Position numbers and translations under genes: made by a program
Assembly (NCBI GenBank): GCA_030141605.1
Contig: JAQGDQ010000325.1
Span: forward strand, 124,001 to 188,000
DNA length: 64,000 nucleotides
Direction of reading: 5' to 3'
DNA from: Tubiluchus corallicola
Taxonomy: Eukaryota; Animalia; Priapulida
Shown here: positions 57,791 to 64,000 of the stretch, in pieces
Layout of the letters: each line of letters starts with the position of its first letter
Position numbering within the stretch: position 1 is the stretch's first letter
The notes under the pieces: generated by a model
What the model saw: only the letters and a program-made list of their open reading frames with translations
Told to the model about the DNA's origin: nothing
Database searches by the model: none

Positions 57791-58091
57791 TACCGTCCAG
57801 TCGTCCACCCATTTTTTCTCTCTCTTTTCGTCCTTTCCACTGTCTTCTTACTCTCCCTCTCGATCCACTTCTGTCTTCTCCTATCCTGTTCTCTTTTCGT
57901 CTTGGTCTGGTCGTTTTTTCATCAAAGATCGCTTGCAATAGCCACGTAGATGAATTAATTTGACTCCAGCATTTGAAAAGATTTTCATTGAGGATAGTAA
58001 TTGATAGTTACAATGTTATTCTGGTTGTCTCATTGCCCTCCTGCAGGGAAACGTATTATAGCAGCAAGTGCACAATGAGGTTTCAAAATAA

Positions 58092-58110
58092 CACTGCGCC
58101 ACCTGCCGGG
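58092..58110 (-). promoter_or_regulatory. Candidate CTCF site
   Basis: Reverse complement CCGGCAGGTGGCGCAGTG fits the CTCF core CCasyAGrkGGCrs. Confidence 0.4.
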
Positions 58111-58762
58111 CTCAACAACAACATTATGATTAAGTATTTCCCAGTCAAAGCTTTAGCATTACAAAATTTTGGTTTAGTAAATTTAGTTATCTTGAAGAAG
58201 TAATAGCATAGCTAGCAGACCTATAAGTTTTCAAGTTTTATGACATTTGTACATAAAAGGCAATAAGGGCAATCTTTAGGTAATACTCTTTGACTGCTGG
58301 CTGCGTTTCAAATTTCTAATTAGATTTTATATTTTGTCGCAGTTTTTAACCGTTTGCACGAGTTTTTGAGAAACAGACAAACTGAACGGGGGAAAGAGGT
58401 TGGACAAAAACGAGTGAACAGAAAGTACGAAATAGTGAGGGAGTGCAGAAAGAGAAATACCAAGAAAGAAAAGAGAAAGAAGGAAAGAAAGAAAGAAAAA
58501 GATACGAAAGAACAGACAAACTGACAGACGGATTGATGCAGGAGAATGAGATGACCAGGGAGCAGAGATTGACTGAGAGAGTGTAAGATGATTGAACAAT
58601 GAAGAAAAAAGAGAGGGGAGAGAGAGAAAGAAAGAGAGAGAGAGAAGGGGAGACAGAGAGAGAGAGACACACACAGAAAAGAGGGAGGCAGAGAGACAGA
58701 GAGAGAAAGAGAGAGATAGATAGATAGAAGGGGAGACAGAGAGAGAGAGAGAGAGAGAAGGG

Positions 58763-58794
<32 letters not shown>

Positions 58795-58924
58795 AGGGGA
58801 GACACAGAGAGAGACAGAAAGAAAGAGAAGGGGAGACACAGAGAGAGACAGAAAGAGAGGGAGGGAGAGAGAGAAGGGGAGGCACAGAGAGAGACAGAAA
58901 GAGAGACAGAAAGAGAGAGAGGGA

Positions 58925-60420
58925 GATTCAGATTCAGATTCAATATTTTATTTCAAACTTCGCAAAGTTCATAAACACATCACAAATTAATACATATAAT
59001 ACAATAAATCATGAAACACAACAATAACACAGATAACAATTAACTATATAAGAAACTACGCCAATGACATCTACTTGCAGAAGTAAAGTTTACGTCACTG
59101 TTTAAAATGTTTTTGCATATAAAATTTTCACTCTTATTTAGCCTGACATATAAACTGTATGCACATTTTCTGTGAATCACATCAAAATAAATAATATTAA
59201 GTCTAGTAGAAATATATCTTGCACTGGTATCATATGAAAAGTTAAAAAGCTTTCTTGTTGATACATTATATGCAACCTTGAGTTTGCTGAGATTGTAAGA
59301 ATAAAAATGTCTCCAAGTGGACATACAATAAAAAGTAGTGCAGTAAGCATTAAACAATTGTCTCTTCACGTTAACTGAACAGTGAGTAAATTTCATGAGT
59401 AATTTATTTGCTCTACCATAGTAAATTGAACATTGCCGTAATATATCTAAATCATCTCTATTGTCATCTGATAAAATATGTCCCAGATATTTTTCCTTTT
59501 TACTTGGTACAAAACTTTTATACTGCAAAACAACAGACCCAAAAGTAAACTGCTGCATGTGGGCGGAGCGAAACGTGACAAGTTTAGTCTTATTTACATT
59601 TACAAGGATATCATATTCTTTAGCAAATTTATTAAAAATATCTAGCAGTCTCTGCAAAGCCGTCGAGGTTGTTGCTAAAAGACATATGTCATCAGCGTAC
59701 ATCAAGTGATTAATGCAGGCTTCAGCAATATGACAACCAACACCAGAGTTAGTAAGTGCAGCACTAAGATTTTTAAAATAGAAGTTAAATAACAGTGGAG
59801 ACATTTTTCCACCTTGACGAATTCCGTTACCTACTGCAAAACTATCAGAGTTAAATTTACCCCATCTAACCAACATACGTTGTTCCGTGTAATAAAAAAG
59901 CAGAAGTCTAATTACTACATTTGGTAGGTTAGTATTGACAAGGTTTAGGAACAGTTTGAGATAGTTTACTCTATCAAACGCTTTTGATGCATCAATAAAC
60001 ATAATATGTACAGTGCTTTGTCGACTAATGTAATAGTCAAGCACCTCTTTTAAAGTATGGATGCACATCTCTGTGCCTAAGTTTTCAACAAAACCAAACT
60101 GGTTTGGCGTGGTACTCAAACAAGAACTGTACCGATTTAGAAGCAGTATTTCTATAACTTTGCTTCCAACAGATGAAAGTGCGATAGGCCTATAGTTGTT
60201 CTTGTCTGTAATATCCCCATTTTTGTCTTTAACGAGAGGTACTAGTATAGATAACATTAACGACTGAGGCAAGTAACCGTGTGTTACACAGGACGTGAAT
60301 AGCAGCGCCAACATGATTGGCAGCAAATGGGATGAATTACGGAAATGTTCACCTTTAAGTCCGTCTGGACCAGCTGATTTATGTAAGGCAAGCCTATCAA
60401 TTGCCTCTTGCACTTATTTG
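58925..60420 (-). mobile_element. 5'-truncated non-LTR retrotransposon (RTE-X-like LINE) in a RET intron, antisense
   Basis: Open RT frame at 59040-60413. The 3' end has AATAAA followed by a (TGAATC)3 tail. Inserted in a GA-rich tract; no clean TSD found. Confidence 0.9.
59040..60413 (-). CDS. LINE reverse transcriptase (partial ORF2, N-terminally truncated, no endonuclease domain)
   Basis: 457-codon open frame with KSAGPDG, NYRPIAL, QFGF, FIDASKAFDRV, GIRQGGKMSPLLF, YADD and KYLG motifs. The GTG start is a product of truncation. Confidence 0.9.
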   Translation of the reverse strand: MQEAIDRLALHKSAGPDGLKGEHFRNSSHLLPIMLALLFTSCVTHGYLPQSLMLSILVPLVKDKNGDITDKNNYRPIALSSVGSKVIEILLLNRYSSCLSTTPNQFGFVENLGTEMCIHTLKEVLDYYISRQSTVHIMFIDASKAFDRVNYLKLFLNLVNTNLPNVVIRLLLFYYTEQRMLVRWGKFNSDSFAVGNGIRQGGKMSPLLFNFYFKNLSAALTNSGVGCHIAEACINHLMYADDICLLATTSTALQRLLDIFNKFAKEYDILVNVNKTKLVTFRSAHMQQFTFGSVVLQYKSFVPSKKEKYLGHILSDDNRDDLDILRQCSIYYGRANKLLMKFTHCSVNVKRQLFNAYCTTFYCMSTWRHFYSYNLSKLKVAYNVSTRKLFNFSYDTSARYISTRLNIIYFDVIHRKCAYSLYVRLNKSENFICKNILNSDVNFTSASRCHWRSFLYS

Positions 60421-60468
60421 GAGAGAGAGAAGGGGAGACACAGAGAGAGAGAGAGACAGAAAGAGAGA

Positions 60469-60515
<47 letters not shown>

Positions 60516-60587
60516 AGAGAAAAGGGAAGAGAAAGGCGTGGGAAAAAAGAAGTGTTTTGAATTAAATTCCACTCATTTTATTTTTAG

Positions 60588-60691
60588 TGGTCTACGCCAA
60601 CAGAGACGTGGAATTGCCAAACGACACGCAAACCTACAACTTTTCAGTGGTGTTTAATGACACAACTATGATCTACCCACAAAACAGCACG
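60588..60691 (+). CDS. RET: RET-like receptor tyrosine kinase, coding exon 6 (CLD3); not in ORF track
   Basis: Acceptor ttttatttttag, donor ACG|GTATGG, 104 nt, phase 1/0. VVYANRDVELPNDTQTYNFSVVFNDTT resembles human [25 protein letters not shown]. Confidence 0.82.
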
Positions 60692-60839
60692 GTATGGCCT
60701 ACGCTAGGCGAACTATGGCTTCTAGCACCTACTGAATGAATTGTTTAAATATTCGTGTAGTACGCCACAAATAGTTTATGCCACAATAATACTGCAAATA
60801 CGCGTGTTTGATTATTAAGCTACCAGTACATTTCTTTAA

Positions 60840-60964
60840 ATGACATGACATGACATGACATAGCATTGCATTACATTACATTGCATTGCATTACATTACA
60901 TTACATTACATTACATTACATTACATTACATTACATTACATTACATTACATTACATTACATTAC
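60840..60964. repeat. (TGACA)n/(TTACA)n microsatellite
   Basis: Direct reading. Confidence 0.95.
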
Positions 60965-61602
60965 AAATAAACAAGACTGGTCTAATCAATAGTGAAAGAA
61001 ACGTTTCTAGAACAAAAGGACTCTTGTGGCTCGAGCGTAGATAACAAAATAACAGCTGATTCATGCAAATGTTACTGTTGAACAATGGTTATCACAACAA
61101 TGTTACATAAAATAGTATTAATAATTCTATACACAACTGCATCTAGACTTTGTTTAAACAATAACTGATTCCTAGTCTGAAAGACTGATTTCAGAAAAGT
61201 TACAATCATCTTGCATAATTCGATATCTTGAATCTTGCATAATTCGATATCTTGACATCTCGTTATAAACACAAGTGTATCATTGCCATTTTCTATGGCA
61301 GAAAGTACAGGAAACAGATTTTCAATATTTTTATAACAAACAAGATAATTTTCTGAAAATGTTTCAGGTGGAAGCGCTTAGCAGCCACAATCGTCTGAGT
61401 TAATTTAAACAACATTTTTATTTGATAAGAAACATTACAATCATAAGTTTAATTATAATAAAAACAATGGGTAGTTAATTGATGGCTGATTGGCTAACAG
61501 GTATAACCTATATAAAAGCCTTTTACTGAGTAGATAAATCATTTAAAAGTTTAACAGGCACACGATTATAAGAACTGTTAGTTATGCATTCAGTAAGAGT
61601 GA

Positions 61603-62011
61603 GATTGATTTAGATTTAAATTAGATTTAATATTTTATTTCAAACTTTACAAAGTTCATATACACATCACAAATTAATACAAATAATACAATAAATCATG
61701 AAACACAACAATAACACAAATAACAATTAACGATATAACAAACGACGCCAATGATACATTTGTGTTTATAACGAGTTGTCAAGATATCGAATTATACAAG
61801 ATTCAAGATATCGAATTGTGCAAGATGATTGTAACTTTTCTGAAATCAGCCTTTCAGACTATGAATCAGTTCCTGCATATAAAATTTTCACTGTTATTCA
61901 GCCAGACGTATAAACCGTAGGCACATTTTCTGTGAATCACATCAAAATAAATAATATTAAGTCTAGTAGAAATATATCTAGCGCTCTTATCATATGAAAA
62001 GTTAAACAGCT
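61603..62011 (-). mobile_element. Short, more diverged 3' fragment of the same LINE family
   Basis: Near-identical to 58925-59250 (aatattttatttcaaac...atatgaaaagttaaa) except for an internal replaced segment. Confidence 0.88.
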
Positions 62012-62199
62012 AAAAAGTTAAAAGTTAAAAGTTTGTAACGTATTTTTTGAATAGCGGTGTTCGGAGTTAAACCATCTGTTCGCCTCAGTTAACACTATCT
62101 GTGTGAACAGGCTTCTAGCGGTTTATCGGCCATTTTTTAACTGTCTGGCGTTTCTTTGTTAGAAGAAACAATATTAATTTGTTTTTTCTTTGTTTTTAG

Positions 62200-62304
62200 A
62201 CAAAGGTTGAAATAACGATTTTGTATAACATTAACTGTTCTGCTTTTGAATATAACCCGGAAACAGTTGTTGATGTTTACAGAACTGCAGCTCCATATTC
62301 CCAT
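62200..62304 (+). CDS. RET: RET-like receptor tyrosine kinase, coding exon 7 (CLD3/CLD4 junction); not in ORF track
   Basis: Long pyrimidine tract then tag acceptor, donor CAT|GTGAGT, 105 nt, phase 0/0. TKVEITILYNINCSAFEYNPETVVDVYRTAAPYSH resembles human YSLSVSRRARRFAQ. Confidence 0.82.
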
Positions 62305-62805
62305 GTGAGTATCTACAGTCTACTGAAACATACAGTTATAACGTTTAAAGGACAAGCACACTGTTTACTTACGAAAGATAAAAAGCCTCTTTGAAATTTG
62401 CTATTACTTGCATACTGGCTTGTTGCATACAGAGCTTGCATTAGTAGCATCGCTGTATCACACTTATAAATGTAAACTCCAGGCGCAGCCATTTTAAGCT
62501 ACAGCCATTTTGACTGGCGATGACCTTGCTAAGTTCTTTGAAACAAGTTTAGATGAGTTTGTCTGTAGCTCGAAAAAATAATCAGAGTATTCATACGACA
62601 CACTTCACTAACCATGCAAAAGTATTAATTACTTAATCTTGTCTATAAAAATTGTAATTTGACACCCAACAGAACCATGTTGTGATTACATTTGCTAATG
62701 GACAACTGTAAAAAGGTGAAACACGTGAATATTAATGTATAAAAGTGAATACAATAACTTCCATTCTTCTTGTGAATAAACAAATGTGGTTTTGTTTTGT
62801 TTCAG

Positions 62806-63067
62806 GTTTTCCAAGTCTTTCCTTCCAAACAGCTCGCTCCATGTAGCTTACACTTTAGCCTAAAAGAAGTTAATGAAAGAAAGAATGCTCTCAGCATTTT
62901 TGGCATCACGCCAAAACAGGGAATAGTTTATGTCAAAAACGTCACAGCTCTGAGGTGGTCCGTCACCAAGAACAAAACGAAGCTCATAGTGAAGTGGTAT
63001 TCAAAGGCGGAACCACAAATACCTCCACAGTCTTGCAAGATTTCTGTGAATTTCATTGTTGTTGCTA
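62806..63067 (+). CDS. RET: RET-like receptor tyrosine kinase, coding exon 8 (CLD4); gene continues beyond window
   Basis: Acceptor tttgtttcag, donor A|GTAAGT, 262 nt, phase 0/1. FGITPKQGIVYVKNVTALR resembles human SGILFVNDTKALR. Confidence 0.88.
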
Positions 63068-64000
63068 GTAAGTGGAGAGGCAGCTGGGAACTCATTTGAA
63101 AATGATGACGTAACTGATGACGTAAATGATGACCTTAGAGCTACTGCTCTTACTGAACTAATTCAGACTTCTGCAGCTTACCTAATATTCATGCGCAAGT
63201 ATCATAAAATTAGCTACCTAAATTTTTTGGAAAACCTATTATATTATTGACAGAAATTGATAGCATGCTGCTTTTCTTTTGCGGACAAATGACGTCATTG
63301 GCGGAAGAAAGTGCCCAAGCTTGAAGTGTCGCGGTTTTAAAGTCGAGACCCTTATAACACTTTTATTACTAAATCATTCTAACATTTTTGTGAACATTGA
63401 AACAAGCTTAACTTCCCAGAAGGGTTGCGCTTTCCTTTAATATATTTTCGCACAGTTACACCTCCTGTTCCGGCAAACTAGAAACTCACACCTAGTGGCA
63501 GGGACTACTCAGTGTGGTCTGTAGATGTTTGTGGTAATGTCAGAATCTTGGTCAACTTCAATGAAAAGTCCAAGCTTTCTGGAACGTTAGGCATATTTCC
63601 ATGTTCGCAAAAATGTTAGAAGGATTTAGTAATAAAACTGCAATAAGCACCTCGCCTAGTTAGGAAAATTATTTTAAAGTCGGGATTCTTCTTCGCTTCA
63701 ACACCTATTCTTCTTCCAATGACGTCATTTGTCCTGAAGAAAAGTAACACGCTGTCAATATTCGTCAAAGTGTAATAAGTTTTTACACGAACATTAGATA
63801 GCTAATTTATTTCTAATTTCTGAATTAATCTTATTTATTAGGTAAGCTGCAGAAGTTTGAATTAGTATAAGCACCCTTATGGAAAGCCACAAAAGTTACA
63901 TGAATGATTTTCGAGTGAAAGCTGATTTCGAGTGCTCACGGAAATCCACGATGCACTTACGAAATGTCACGAAGTCCCCCAGTTACGTCATAATTTTCAA

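Noticed and set aside
63456-63535. Possible next RET exon after the ttttcgcacag acceptor
   Set aside because: All three frames hit stops within about 70 nt, and there is no Cys-rich domain pattern.

Overview
This is AT-rich, intron-containing animal genomic DNA, probably invertebrate; the taxon cannot be fixed from the sequence. It is very rich in microsatellites and non-autonomous transposons. Two protein-coding genes lie head to head. On the minus strand are the first three coding exons of an NRF-6/O-acyltransferase-like gene (6717-6303, 2285-2070, 1182-1050); no further exons were found in 1-1049, so the gene presumably continues left of the window. On the plus strand are eight coding exons (33516-63067, 1603 nt, about 534 codons, all splice phases compatible) encoding the signal peptide and four cadherin-like domains of a RET-type receptor tyrosine kinase; its cysteine-rich, transmembrane and kinase parts are not in the window. 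Three RET exons are absent from the ORF track, and one intron is probably GC-AG. Mobile DNA includes a 5'-truncated RTE-X-like LINE with an open RT frame, a decayed Penelope-like fragment with a minimal hammerhead ribozyme core, tRNA-derived SINEs, and MITEs of TTAA-flanked (Kolobok-like, piggyBac-like), hAT-like and TA-flanked types. Most ORFs in the track are simple-repeat artefacts. I found no convincing wholly new multi-gene system. The best leads are the RET architecture, the ribozyme, a templated inversion, MITE-borne splice signals and motif clusters. All comparisons to known proteins and repeat families are from memory, not from searches.
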